In this document: positions 1 to 11,195 of the stretch, piece after piece
Position numbering within the stretch: position 1 is the stretch's first letter
Layout: every line of letters begins with the position of its first letter
NCBI GenBank assembly: GCA_951406725.2
Contig: OX597824.1
Span: 37,634,001-37,698,000 of the forward strand
DNA: 64,000 bases
Source of the DNA: Octopus vulgaris
Taxonomy: Eukaryota
Direction of reading: 5' to 3'
The notes under the pieces: generated by a model
Seen by the model: only the letters and a program-made list of their open reading frames with translations
Database searches by the model: none
Told to the model about the DNA's origin: nothing
Made by a program: the position numbers and the translations under genes

Positions 1-689
1 GGAATTCTGTCATTAGAGACTCACGGGATTGGTGAGAATTTATATTTCCTGTCCGAAAATCGATGCTAATTGTATCGGATGGATCACTTTTTTTTTCACA
101 AAGATCTTAAAAAGCAACTCAGGCTTGTATCGAGCTGCAGATGTTGCTACACAAGTGAATACTAAAATGCAGTTTCATAGAATATTTACAATACTTATTC
201 TAAACAAAATAAACTTACAAGGAATATTCACATTTTAGAAATAAACTAAAAAATAAATTCGATATGAACCGTCTAGAACAGTTCTTTTCAATATGTGCGC
301 AACAAGTTTATGTAAATAACGCTGTCATAATAACAATATAGTTGACCAAATCTCCACGAGATATTGCTATTACCAATAGCTTCTGGTGCTATAGGCATGT
401 TTTGTAAACCATCTCAGCAATGTCAGAATAAAACTTTTTAGTAAACTGAAGTTCATTTTGAACTTGTTTTTTCTTGGGATATTCACTCTTCATTTTACGA
501 AAATTGCAATCGCTGGTTTTGAACTTGCAGTACAATCTCTGAAAGTCGATTTGTTACCAACTGTTCCAGAGAATTCACTCACTTTTTAGCATAGGCTGTT
601 TGTTTTGCGGGGCATAAAGCTACATTCGAAGGAATAAATCACTTTTAACTGAGACTCCAAGCAAACTATTTCTCCAGAAAATTTCAAAA

Positions 690-2570
690 TTAGTTTTGAA
701 AGCACCAAGATTCGACTGCTACATTATTGCCCGGTTCTACTCGAAGGCAATAAACCATAGAATCTGTTGACGGATACTCAAGATCTCTTCACAAAATAAA
801 CTTAGACGGCAGCTTCAAAAGCATTACCACTCACATACACAAAGACGAGGAGTATATTTGTGCTTAATACAAATATGGGATCTTTTCTTTACGTATACAA
901 ATCGAACAATTAGAAAAGAAAAATCTACCTTTGGCTTCAACCATAAAACAGACACGTGTTTTAGAAATAACTCTGAAAATTGTTCAGGCTTATGATTCTG
1001 CTCTTCAAGTAGGAAATCGTGCAGGAATTGGTTACTGAAGAATATTTGTATTCTGAAGGAAAATTGGACCTCTAACTGCTTTCCTATTGTGCAGCTGCGT
1101 CTCGTTGGCGTTAGATGTCTTATTTCTGCTGAAATTTTCCGCGACATAATCGTACCGAATATCTTATTTGCAATACTATTAATTTCAAGTCTAAGAAAAA
1201 GAAGTGCTTTTTAATTGACTAAAGATCCTCTTATCTTCTAGCGAGCGGTTCTATTCTTCCTGTTCGTATACTGTCTACGTTAAAATACTGTAGTATTGAC
1301 TTAGCCATTCACAGAAACTTTCTAAAAGGACTCCGAAAAGAGTAGTAGGAACTGAACATTTTATCAGTGTACCAATTATGTGTAACTAAGGCTACCATCT
1401 AAAAGGTTACAAAAATAGGATGCTGATCGATTCAGTTCAATTGACTTTTCCAATAAAAAAGATTGGAAACTAGAATTAAAAATAAAAGACTGCCTATACA
1501 CTTTAATATTCTTCCTCATATTACCTGCCTTTTGTGTGGATATTGTTCTTGGTACTCCTTTTCTGAGAACATATTTCTCTGTTAGAAATCGGTGTCTTTG
1601 ATAAGACTTGGAAGCGTACTCTCTGAACTCTTTTCTAATCTCTTGCCAAGGATTCAGTCTGCAACAACGAAATTCCTTCAATTTAAATCGTCCAATATCG
1701 AGTTCATTCGATCGGAAGTCAAAAGAATACTAAAAGAAGACATTATCGAACAAGAGACTAATGTTATATACTTGTTAAAGGTAACGGGAAAAGAAGGTTA
1801 GTAGTTGACTGCTCTGAAACTTAATAAATTCACCTACTTAGACGCCTGCTTGCTTCCTAACTTAAACGACTCGGCTATTAAAATATCTTCTTACAAGATA
1901 TTTAGTACTATCGTACTATCGATTCACAACCAGTGATAAAATATTTAACACTTTCGAGAAGGACAGTCGATTCTTTCGGCTGTAATGTTTTAGTGAAGGT
2001 CTTTCAAACGGTGTTGCGTGATTTTAAAGAATTATTCATTTTATTCGTGAAAATTAGTTGAATGGCACGTACGCCTATTTAGATAACCCACACCTATATG
2101 TAGTAAAATTTTGAAGGCAAGACATTTAAATTTCTAAAAACTGCTTTTAAATCTTAGAACATACTGATTACTGATATATGCAAATATTTAGCTAAATTGA
2201 TCTCAGTTATCAAATTAGCCAAACCAAAACAGACCGCTTCCTGCCTCGCCTACCTTTTAACTCCACTTAAAAATGCTCGTATCTATTAATAAAGAATTCA
2301 TATCTGGTATATTGGGTCTGATCGCTTATTATTGTTCGTTAGTATTCCGGAGAGTATAAGAGCTCTAATCCTATTCCAAAAGAACCAAAAATGTTAATCA
2401 ATTATTTAAAAGGAGCTTAGCGAGTCTCCCTGGGATGATATAGAGAAACACATACTGTCTACTATCAAAACAATCACCTCTTGGGCTATCGTTCTGAAGC
2501 AAAATTGTAAACCTGTGGCTTTCTTTTCTCAGTCACTAGATTCGACAGAGAAATGTAGCGTGAAACAAAC
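690..2570 (+). pseudogene. Heavily decayed Ty3/Gypsy LTR-retrotransposon gag-pol remnant
   Basis: Broken-frame motifs occur in Gypsy order: gag-like ESVDGY (~760), protease-region DIVLGTPFL (~1540), EFIRSEVKRILKEDIIE (ORF 1592-1801), RT RRLVVDCSET-NKFTYLDA..LP...KI..YKIFSTI (~1790-1910), GLSNGVA and TYAYLDN (~2000-2085), and RNase H LKQNCKPVAFFSQSL (~2495-2540). There are many stops and frameshifts, and no LTRs were recognised. Confidence 0.75.
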
Positions 2571-3199
2571 TCTACAATGGAAGAGTACAATAGTATGACC
2601 ACAGACTCCTTTAAAATTGGACACTGTCCTCATACATACATCGCTAGAAATACTAATAAATCCAGCAAAACAGCACAAGCCGTATACAACTAAGAACTGA
2701 GATTAAATCACCACGATTCCAACATATCTGGAAAATCCTTTAGAAAGCGGAATCTTACGCAGGAAGCAAGAAACCCGATAACCTTTGTAAGACTAAGAGT
2801 ACGGAGATCTTATTTCCAACGACGCGAATATTGAACAGTACTTTTAGCATTTCCCCTTATGTAGGCATCGTATTCTTAGAACATATATTCGCTTTGAACC
2901 TATTGAATATGATGACTATGAACGAACAGTGGATGACCTCCCCCCCCAACCCCTTTACATATTTTTTGCTATCTTTTTATTTTTTTAATTCTCTCTCTAA
3001 ATGCATATCCAAGCTTTGAAATCTGATTTCATAACTTGTCCGCATTATTCACCCTTATTACCTAATTATTGATACTTATCGCCGTTTGGTTTACCCTGCT
3101 ATGGTGACCATAACCCTTTTTCTTTCACGGGATCAAATGACTTGATTGTTTGTAGTCCTTTATTCATTTCACATCAGTTATCGCTTCTGCTTATTGTTA

Positions 3200-3470
3200 A
3201 TATTATTATTATTATTATAATTATTATTATTATTATTATTATTATCATTATTATTATTATCATCATCATCATCATCATCATCGTCATCATCATCATCATC
3301 ATCATCATCATCTTCTTCATCATCATCTTTGTTATTGTTATTATTATTATTCGCTAAATTAAGAAGCGGTGACCAGTTAAAATTCTTTATGTATAATTAT
3401 AAGTTAAGCTTATAATTATATTTCCAGAACTATTATTATTATTTTAATATCATCATTATCATCATCATCA

Positions 3471-3534
<64 letters not shown>

Positions 3535-3542
3535 CATCATTA

Positions 3543-3604
<62 letters not shown>
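3200..3604. repeat. (TTA/TCA)n microsatellite array; target and tail of the Dong element
   Basis: Directly visible ATT/ATC triplet runs that abut the 3' end of the retroelement at 3605. Confidence 0.95.
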
Positions 3605-3605
<1 letters not shown>

Positions 3606-3824
3606 TATGTTTGACTTTTGCTTTATATTTGTACAAGTTGGCTCCAAGTCTCACCCAGAGACCTCAAGAGACAACAGGGTTGGAAGTTCATGTTGTTGTT
3701 ATGCCTAGTGTGCCATATATTTGGGGGGTGGGGATGTTGTACTAATGAATGTCTAAAAAAAAAAGTTTTTTTTTTTTTTTTTTTTTTTTTAAACCGAAAA
3801 TTATGGTTGTTTTAAACCTTGAGG

Positions 3825-5414
3825 TTACATAGAGAGTATTTTGCGTAGGATATGAGCAGTTCCCATGAGCACTATCTTTTGAACTTCTGCCATTTTGGGG
3901 TTTCCTGGTATCTGAGTTAGGTAGCTATCAGCCCCTTTTGCTATCATTCCCAGGGCACCTATGACAACAGGTATTGTTTTAGTCTTCAGCTTCCACATTT
4001 TGCTGATTTCTATTTCAAGATCTTTATATTTGCTCAGTTTTTGGTAGGTCCTGACAGATACGTTTATATCGATTGGGACAGTCATATCAATGAGGAGGCA
4101 TGTTCTTTGTTTGAAGTCTTTCAATATGATGTCTGGCCTATTTGCATCTATCTTCCTGTCAGTTTGAATGGTGAAGTTCCAGAGGAGTGAGATGTGGTCA
4201 TTTTCAAGCACTGGGGGTGGTTTGTGTTCCCACCAGTTTTTTTCATGGGGCAAATCCAGGTTTTTACAGATTACCCAGTGAATATATTGTGCAGCTCTAT
4301 CGTGCCTGTTGAGATACTCTGTAGGCGCTAGAAGACTGCACTTGGAGACAACATGGTCAATGGTTTCATTTTGTTGCTTGCATACACGACACGTTGGACT
4401 GCTTCTGATCTTTAATATGTTGGCCTGGTAGTTTCTTGTTGGTAGGCATTGATCTTGAGCTGCTATGATAAACCCCTCTGTTTCAGATTTTAAGCCAGAG
4501 GCCATTAGCCATTGATGGGTCAGGGCTTTGTCGATATCTGCATTATTCGCTCTCTTTGGGTATTTGCCATAGAGAGGTTTTTCTTGCCATTTATTATTCA
4601 GAATATCTAAGGCCGCAGTTTTGGCACGGGTTTTCATGCGCCTAGCTTTTTCTGTGCTTGTTTCTTGTATGTCTATCTCTAATTCCGAAATTGGTTGTAT
4701 TCGGAATTCACTTAGATATTCCTTTGCCTGTTTTGTGACTGAGTATGATGCTTTCTTGTTTTCATGTTTTGAGACAAGTTTTAACATCCAGTCCTCAGAG
4801 TTTTTCAGGTAGGTGTCTAGGCCAATTGTAGCAATCTTCATTGTTATTGCCAGTTGCAAAAGACCACGGCCTCCCTCTTTTCTTGGCAGATAGAGTCGTT
4901 CTGTATCTGCCTTAGGGTGGTGCATTCTATGCATTGTCAACAGTTTCCTTATTTTTCTGTCGAGCTGACATATTTCAGTAATTGACCAGTTAACAATATT
5001 GAAACTGTAAGTCACGACTGGTATAGCTAATGCATTGATTGCTTCGATCCTGTTTCTTGCATTCAGCTCTGTCTTGAGTATTGCTCTCACTCTTCGATAG
5101 CATTCTCTCCTGATCCTTTCCTTCATCTCTGAATGCCTTATTCCGTTCCCTTCAATTACCCCTAGATACTTGTAGCTCTCCGCTGGGTCTAGTTCTTTTA
5201 TGACATTCTGTTGGTCAAGGTTAACGTTAGATGTTTCTGTCATTTTTCCTTTGATAAAGGTAGCCTTTGCACATTTATCGAGGCCGAATTGCATTCTGAT
5301 GTCGTCACTGAATTGTTTGACTATCGCTAGTAAGCCCTTGAGTTGTTGATCATTTTTTGCAAAAAGCTTTAAATCATCCATGTTAACGAGATGATTTATA
5401 TTTTTATCAAACAT
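3825..5414 (-). CDS. C-terminal RT, CCHC zinc knuckle and restriction-like endonuclease of Dong copy 1
   Basis: 529-aa ORF. The catalytic motif reads HLVNMDD instead of the usual YMDD. It has the CCHC knuckle and the PD..D..K RLE domain. This is a fragment of a longer ORF, so the start is not native. Confidence 0.88.
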   Translation of the reverse strand: MFDKNINHLVNMDDLKLFAKNDQQLKGLLAIVKQFSDDIRMQFGLDKCAKATFIKGKMTETSNVNLDQQNVIKELDPAESYKYLGVIEGNGIRHSEMKERIRRECYRRVRAILKTELNARNRIEAINALAIPVVTYSFNIVNWSITEICQLDRKIRKLLTMHRMHHPKADTERLYLPRKEGGRGLLQLAITMKIATIGLDTYLKNSEDWMLKLVSKHENKKASYSVTKQAKEYLSEFRIQPISELEIDIQETSTEKARRMKTRAKTAALDILNNKWQEKPLYGKYPKRANNADIDKALTHQWLMASGLKSETEGFIIAAQDQCLPTRNYQANILKIRSSPTCRVCKQQNETIDHVVSKCSLLAPTEYLNRHDRAAQYIHWVICKNLDLPHEKNWWEHKPPPVLENDHISLLWNFTIQTDRKIDANRPDIILKDFKQRTCLLIDMTVPIDINVSVRTYQKLSKYKDLEIEISKMWKLKTKTIPVVIGALGMIAKGADSYLTQIPGNPKMAEVQKIVLMGTAHILRKILSM

Positions 5415-5458
5415 TTTATACCCGTACTGCGCGTCATTGAGCAGCTTTGAGAGAGGTA

Positions 5459-6130
5459 TTAAGGATAAACAAAAGAGGAGTGGTGACAGTGAGTCACCCT
5501 GGAAAATGCCACACGAAATTTTACATCACCAGCATTTAGGGATTCACTGTCACTGTTCAGAGTTAGTGTGGTTCTCCATGATCTCATACTTACAGTCAAG
5601 AAGTTTCGCAGAGTTGGTGCTATCTTATACATTTCAAGGCATTTCCTAATCCAGCTATGTGGTAGGCTATCAAAAGCCTTTTTATAGTCTATCCAGGCTA
5701 TTGATAAGTTTTTGTGTCGTTTGTGACAATCTTCTAAGATCATCTTATTGATGAGTAGTTGGTCTTTACAGCCGTAGGATCCACGTTTACATCCTTTCTG
5801 TTCATTAGGGAATATGCTGCTGTCTGTTAAAAAACTATAGGTATATTCCGTCAGGACAGATGTTAGTGTTTTGTACATAGTTGTTAAGCAGGTTATGGGT
5901 CTATAGTTTTTTGGTTCATTTGTTTCTTCACTTTTTGGAAGCAGGAATGTTAACCCATTAACTAGCCAAGGAGGCATCCTACTAGGGTGTTGCAAAACAT
6001 CATTGTACAGTTCTGTTAGCAGTTCATGGCTCTCTGGGAAGGCATTCAGCCAGAAGTTAGGAATTTTATCCTTTCCTGGAGACTTCCATTTGCTTGACCT
6101 CCTGAGAGCAGATCTTATATCTTCTACCTT
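5459..6130 (-). pseudogene. N-terminal RT domains of Dong copy 1, cut off by a frameshift near 5520
   Basis: The ORF reads RT domains up to GDVK; the conserved ISCGIFQGDSLSP continues in another frame, consistent with a 1-bp deletion at ~5519-5522. The MVIIITIM start in the ORF track is microsatellite sequence. Confidence 0.85.
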
Positions 6131-6197
6131 TATTATTATTATTATCATTATTGTTATTATTATTACCATTATTATTATTATTTTATTATCATTATTA

Positions 6198-6249
<52 letters not shown>

Positions 6250-6254
6250 CCTTA

Positions 6255-6337
<83 letters not shown>

Positions 6338-6338
<1 letters not shown>

Positions 6339-8020
6339 TATGTTTGACTTTTTCTTTATATCTGTACAAGTTGGCTCCAAGTCTCACCCAGAGACCTCAC
6401 GAGACAACAGGTTGGAAGTTCTGTGCCATATATTTAGGGTTTTTTTTTTGGTGTTGTACTAGTGAATACATAAAAAAAAAAAAAAATAAATAAATAAAAT
6501 AAAAAAAATAAAAATAAGAATAAAAAAGAAATTTGTTTTAAACCTTGGGATTACATAGAGAGTATTTTGCGTAGGATATGAGCAGTTCCCATGAGCACTA
6601 TCTTTTGAATTTCTGCCATTTTGGGGTTTCCTGGTATCTGAGTGAGGTAGCAATTAGTCCCTTTCGCTATCATTCCCAGGGCACCTATGACAACAGGTAT
6701 TGTTTTAGTCTTCAGCTTCCACATTTTGCTGATTTCTATTTCAAGATCTTTATATTTGCTCAGTTTTTGGTAGGTCTTGACAGATACGTTTATATCGATT
6801 GGGACAGTCATATCAATGAGGAGGCATGTTCTTTGTCTGAAGTCTTTCAATATGATGTCTGGCCTATTTGCATCTATCTTCCTGTCAGTTTGAATGGTGA
6901 AGTTCCAGAGGAGTGAGATGTGGTCATTTTCAAGCACTGGAGGTGGATTGTGTTCCCACCAGTTTTTTTCATGGGGCAAATCCAGGTTTTTGCAAATTAC
7001 CCAGTGAATATATTGTGCAGCTCTATCATGCCTATTGAGGTACTCTGTAGGCGCTAGAAGACTGCATTTGGAGACAACATGATCAATGGTTTCATTTTGT
7101 TGTCGGCATACACGACATGTTGGGCTACTGCCGTTCTTTAATATGTTGGCCTGGTAGTTTCTTGTTGGTAGGCATTGATCTTGAGCTGCTATGATAAACC
7201 CCTCTGTTTCAGATTTTAAGCCAGAGGCCAATAGCCATTGATGGGTCAGGGCTTTGTCGATATCTGCGTTATTCGCTCTCTTTGGGTATTTGCCATAGAG
7301 AGGTTTTTCTTGCCATTTATTATTCAGAATATCTAAGACCGCAGTTTTGGCACGGGTTTTCATGCGCCTAGCTTTTTCTGTGCTTGTTTCTTGTATGTCT
7401 ATCTCTAATTCCGAAATTGGTTGTATTCGGAATTCACTTAGATATTCCTTTGCCTGTTTTGTGACTGAGTATGATGCTTTCTTGTTTTCATGTTTTGAGA
7501 CAAGTTTTAACATCCAGTCCTCAGAGTTTTTCAGGTAGGTGTCTAGGCCAATTGTAGCAATCTTCATTGTTATTGCCAGTTGCAAAAGACCACGGCCTCC
7601 CTCTTTTCTTGGCAGATAGAGTCGTTCTGTATCTGCCTTAGGGTGGTGCATTTTATGCATTGTCAACAGTTTCCTTATTTTTCTGCCGAGCTGACATATT
7701 TCAGTAATTGACCAGTTAACAATATTGAAACTGTAAGTCACGACTGGTATGGCTAATGCATTGATCGCTTCGATTCTGTTTCTTGCATTCAGCTCTGTCT
7801 TGAGTATTGCTCTCACTCTTCGATAGCATTCTCTCCTGATCCTTTCCTTCATCTCTGAATGCCTTATTCCGTTCCCTTCATTTACCCCTAGGTACTTGTA
7901 GCTCTCCGCTGGGTCTAGTTCTTTTATGACATTCTGTTGGTCAAGGTTAACGTTAGATGTTTCTGTCATTTTTCCTTTGATAAAGGTAGCTTTTGCACAT
8001 TTATCGAGGCCGAATTGCAT
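6338..8020 (-). mobile_element. R4/Dong-clade non-LTR retrotransposon, copy 2 (more strongly 5'-truncated)
   Basis: It has the same 3' terminus as copy 1 (..AAAAGTCAAACATAGAATAATAAT), is near-identical over 6551-8020, and is flanked by (TAA)n on both sides. Confidence 0.93.
6551..8020 (-). CDS. Thumb, CCHC and RLE endonuclease portion of Dong copy 2
   Basis: 489-aa open frame with about 15 amino-acid differences from copy 1 by eye. It lacks the RT catalytic core because of truncation. Confidence 0.85.
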   Translation of the reverse strand: MQFGLDKCAKATFIKGKMTETSNVNLDQQNVIKELDPAESYKYLGVNEGNGIRHSEMKERIRRECYRRVRAILKTELNARNRIEAINALAIPVVTYSFNIVNWSITEICQLGRKIRKLLTMHKMHHPKADTERLYLPRKEGGRGLLQLAITMKIATIGLDTYLKNSEDWMLKLVSKHENKKASYSVTKQAKEYLSEFRIQPISELEIDIQETSTEKARRMKTRAKTAVLDILNNKWQEKPLYGKYPKRANNADIDKALTHQWLLASGLKSETEGFIIAAQDQCLPTRNYQANILKNGSSPTCRVCRQQNETIDHVVSKCSLLAPTEYLNRHDRAAQYIHWVICKNLDLPHEKNWWEHNPPPVLENDHISLLWNFTIQTDRKIDANRPDIILKDFRQRTCLLIDMTVPIDINVSVKTYQKLSKYKDLEIEISKMWKLKTKTIPVVIGALGMIAKGTNCYLTQIPGNPKMAEIQKIVLMGTAHILRKILSM

Positions 8021-8039
8021 TATTATTATTATTATTATT

Positions 8040-8107
8040 CAGTAGTTTTATTTTTATAGCGTGCTTTCACTTCACTACCGAGCGCAGCTCTGTGTGCCTT
8101 GGGTATG
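8040..8107 (-). mobile_element. Probable 68-bp 3'-terminal stub of another TAA-targeting retroelement
   Basis: A unique-sequence island inside the TAA array. The minus strand ends ..AAAACTACTGAATAATAAT, the same GAATAATAAT junction as the Dong copies. Confidence 0.55.
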
Positions 8108-8154
<47 letters not shown>

Positions 8155-8183
8155 CATCATTATTGTTATTATTATTATTATCA

Positions 8184-8260
<77 letters not shown>

Positions 8261-8397
8261 TTATTATCATTATCATTGTTATTATTATTACCATTATTAT
8301 TATTATTATTTTATTATCATTATTATCATTATTATTATTATTGTTATTATTATTATTATTATTATTATTTTATTATCATTATTATTATCATTATTAA

Positions 8398-8428
<31 letters not shown>

Positions 8429-8453
8429 GTTATCATTATTATTATTATTATAA

Positions 8454-8499
<46 letters not shown>

Positions 8500-8518
8500 C
8501 ATTATCATCTTCATCATT
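8108..8518. repeat. (TTA)n microsatellite array with variant units
   Basis: Directly visible. Confidence 0.95.
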
Positions 8519-8520
8519 AA

Positions 8521-8622
8521 AAGACAGTGAACTGGTAGAATCGTTAGCACGTCGGATGAAAGGTTTAACGGTAATTCTTTCGGGTCTTTCCATTTTGAGT
8601 TGAAATTCCACCGAGGTCAGCA
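8521..8622 (+). mobile_element. SINE family A, diverged head fragment
   Basis: TGGTAGAATCGTTAGCACG...GAGTTGAAATTCCACCGAGGTC matches the head of the other family A copies. Confidence 0.65.
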
Positions 8623-9546
8623 ACGCTCTCTTTTATGCAGATGACACACAACCCTTCATTTCTCTCTAAGCTTCCCGAACCACGCACCATCCGCACGCAA
8701 CCCAGACACAACACGCCAAACCTGTATTGATTTTTATAAATGGAAACCTTATGCGAATCGTACATTGGAGTCATGCCAATTCCTCTCTCACTCTCTTTCT
8801 CTCTCTTTCTCGATATATGTATGTATGTGAGTATGTGTGTGTGTGCGCGTGTGTATGTATGCATACACACATACACACTCACTCGTACGTAGTTACACAA
8901 ATGAAATTTATATATATTCGTGTCTTATATTTATATTTCAATAAAATGGAACATCTAAATTCTTTATGTTGTGTTTCGTTGTTTGTAATGTATCGGGCGT
9001 GCAAAGTGTCAGTTTTTGTTCTCCATGCCGCACACAGAATTCCTTGCACTGCAAGTCATATGATGTGAAATATTTATAACCGGAAGTTGAAACTGAAAAC
9101 AAAACCAAGAAAAATCCTATATGTTTTCCTATATTGTATGATTAAAGTCATGATTGTATCTCTTCTATTTCCTTTACCGAAATAATCTCATTGAATAGTG
9201 TATTAATGTAATACGATTGCATTCATTTCCTATCCTTAGTAGAACTTATAAAGGTCGGAACAGTTGATTTCATTACGATATCTTAGCTTTCTGCAAGCTA
9301 GGAGTCGTTCGTTTTGTCTGCTTTTGATAAAACTTTTAAGAATGTGAAGTGCATCAGTTTTTAGTTAATATGACATTAATCAGTTGATCGAACATTGCTT
9401 TTGGAAATCGACGTTGAACTAAAAGGAACATATTTTATTCGTAAAGATAAAGTAGCGATGGAAAACGAAGCAATTATAGGGTATTAAAATTAAAAGCAAG
9501 AGAGAGAGAGAGAGAGAGAAATGACTTAATCCATTAAACCAAATAA

Positions 9547-9960
9547 CCTATTTCTTTACTACCCACAAGGAGCTAAACATAGAGGGGACAAACAAGGACA
9601 GACAAAGGGATTAAGTCGATTATATCGACCCCAGTGCGTAACTGGTACTTATTTAATCGAGCCCGAAAGGATGAAAGGCAAAGTCGACCTCGGCGGAATT
9701 TGAACTCAGAACATAAAGACAGATGAAATACCTATTTCTTTACTACCCACAAGGGGATAAACACAGAGGGGACAAACAAGGACAGACAAACGGATTAAGT
9801 CGATTACATCGACCCCAGTGCGTAACTGGTACTTAATTTATCGAGCCCGAAAGGATGAAAGGCAAAGACGACCTCGGCGTAATTTGAACTCAGAACGTAA
9901 CGGCAGACGAAATACGGCTACGCATTTCGCCCGACGTGCTAACGTTTCTGCCAGCTCGCC
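9547..9960 (-). mobile_element. tRNA-derived SINE family A (Nin-domain-like), dimeric copy
   Basis: The head has A-box TGGCAGAAACG and B-box GAGTTCAAAT; the central GCCTTTCATCCTTTCGGGGTCGATAAA..AGTACCAG resembles the Nin domain. The body is repeated twice, with the junction at ~9728. Confidence 0.85.
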
Positions 9961-11158
9961 AACCGATAAGATTAAGTATACAAAGGGGTATATGGTACAT
10001 ACAGGAAATAGCAGTAGCTATCTCTCGATATTTCAACATATGTAACTTTCGGAAAGAAGTTCAAAAGGTTCTCTTGAAACTTTACTCCCAGCAAATTTAC
10101 ATAACTGATCAAAATTTGATCCCCTATACATGCATAGATATCTTTTACTCTGCTAATGTTCGATCGTTTAGACGGACCGACACAGACTTCTTAATAAACG
10201 CAGGATATCTATTTCAATGAGGATTGTTTTATACCTAAAATTCATTGCAAACAGAAGTCATAGAAGTTAATGCATTTCGAGTTAAGATGTAACAACTCTC
10301 TTGTTTTTATTGTTATACAATCAGTTACCATATTACACACTCCTAAATGGTATCAGGAATTCTCAATGATAGCTTGCTTCCAGCATATTTTTACTGTCTA
10401 GTATGTTCAATTTCTCTATTTAGACTCGATGCGTAGTTGAAGGACTGCAGTAAGTGTCTATTCAAATAGAGATATCGCTCTCAGCATCTTCATCTTTTCT
10501 ATTCTGATGGTGTCGATTTTAAAGCTGATTCCAATTGATTCAATAACCTATCATTAGAATTACCTTCTTGCATTTAACCTTGCAGAACCACTGTCTTCCA
10601 TTTCTATTATACAAACATTTTTGTGGGACTTCTAATCTATTTATTTTATTTATCTGTTTTAGGTTATTTACTGATTATTTAACGTCCATGAAAAGATTGA
10701 TTTAAGCAGAGAAAGTTAAATAGTTATATCGTTTCACATCAATCAAAATCGTGAGTGCAGATTCTTGGGGAACTATTTCTCGTTTCACTCAGGTCTTTGT
10801 AATTTCTCCTCTATGTAAGGAACTAATTAATTTTTGATAATAAAGCGAGTTAATAATCACTATTTGATGAGCGTAAAATTAAAATGGAAAATAATTAGTT
10901 GTTGTTGTGCGTTGTTAACTGTATATCGACCGTCAAATCTGTCGTGTTGCAAAGAGATGGTAGTTTTGACTATTCCAGGATTTTAAAGAATAATACATTG
11001 GAATAGTTTCCTGTTGCTTTCTGCAGACCCACGAATTAAACTCGTAACAAACGAAAATATTCTTAATTATAAAATATTTCTTCTGACTACTTAATTATAA
11101 ATATATTGCTGATAATTAACTCTCTTTCTCTCTCTCTTTCTCTTTCTCTCTCTTTTTC

Positions 11159-11195
<37 letters not shown>

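Larger units (their letters stand above)
3605..6130 (-). mobile_element. R4/Dong-clade non-LTR retrotransposon, copy 1 (5'-truncated, frameshifted)
   Basis: RT motifs KSPGKDKI, NYRPITCL, EQKGCKRG, WIDYKKAFDS and (shifted frame) GIFQGDSLSPLLF, followed by YKYLG, CRVC..ETIDHVVSKC, RHD and RPDII...LIDMTVP..KLSKY. The 3' UTR runs into (TAA)n, and both ends are flanked by TAA repeats, the known Dong target. Confidence 0.93.

Noticed and set aside
4621-7538. Identical 63-aa plus-strand ORFs at 4621 and 7347
   Set aside because: They are antisense shadows of the duplicated Dong ORF.
3142-8623. Poly-Ile/Leu/Tyr/Asn ORFs, and similar YI/CV/MYVC ORFs throughout the window
   Set aside because: They are translations of (TAA)n, (TA)n, (CA)n and (TACA)n microsatellites.
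9547-9960. Repeated ~180-bp units as a CRISPR array or tRNA genes
   Set aside because: There are no unique spacers or cas genes. The heads have A/B boxes but run into SINE bodies and do not form full cloverleafs.
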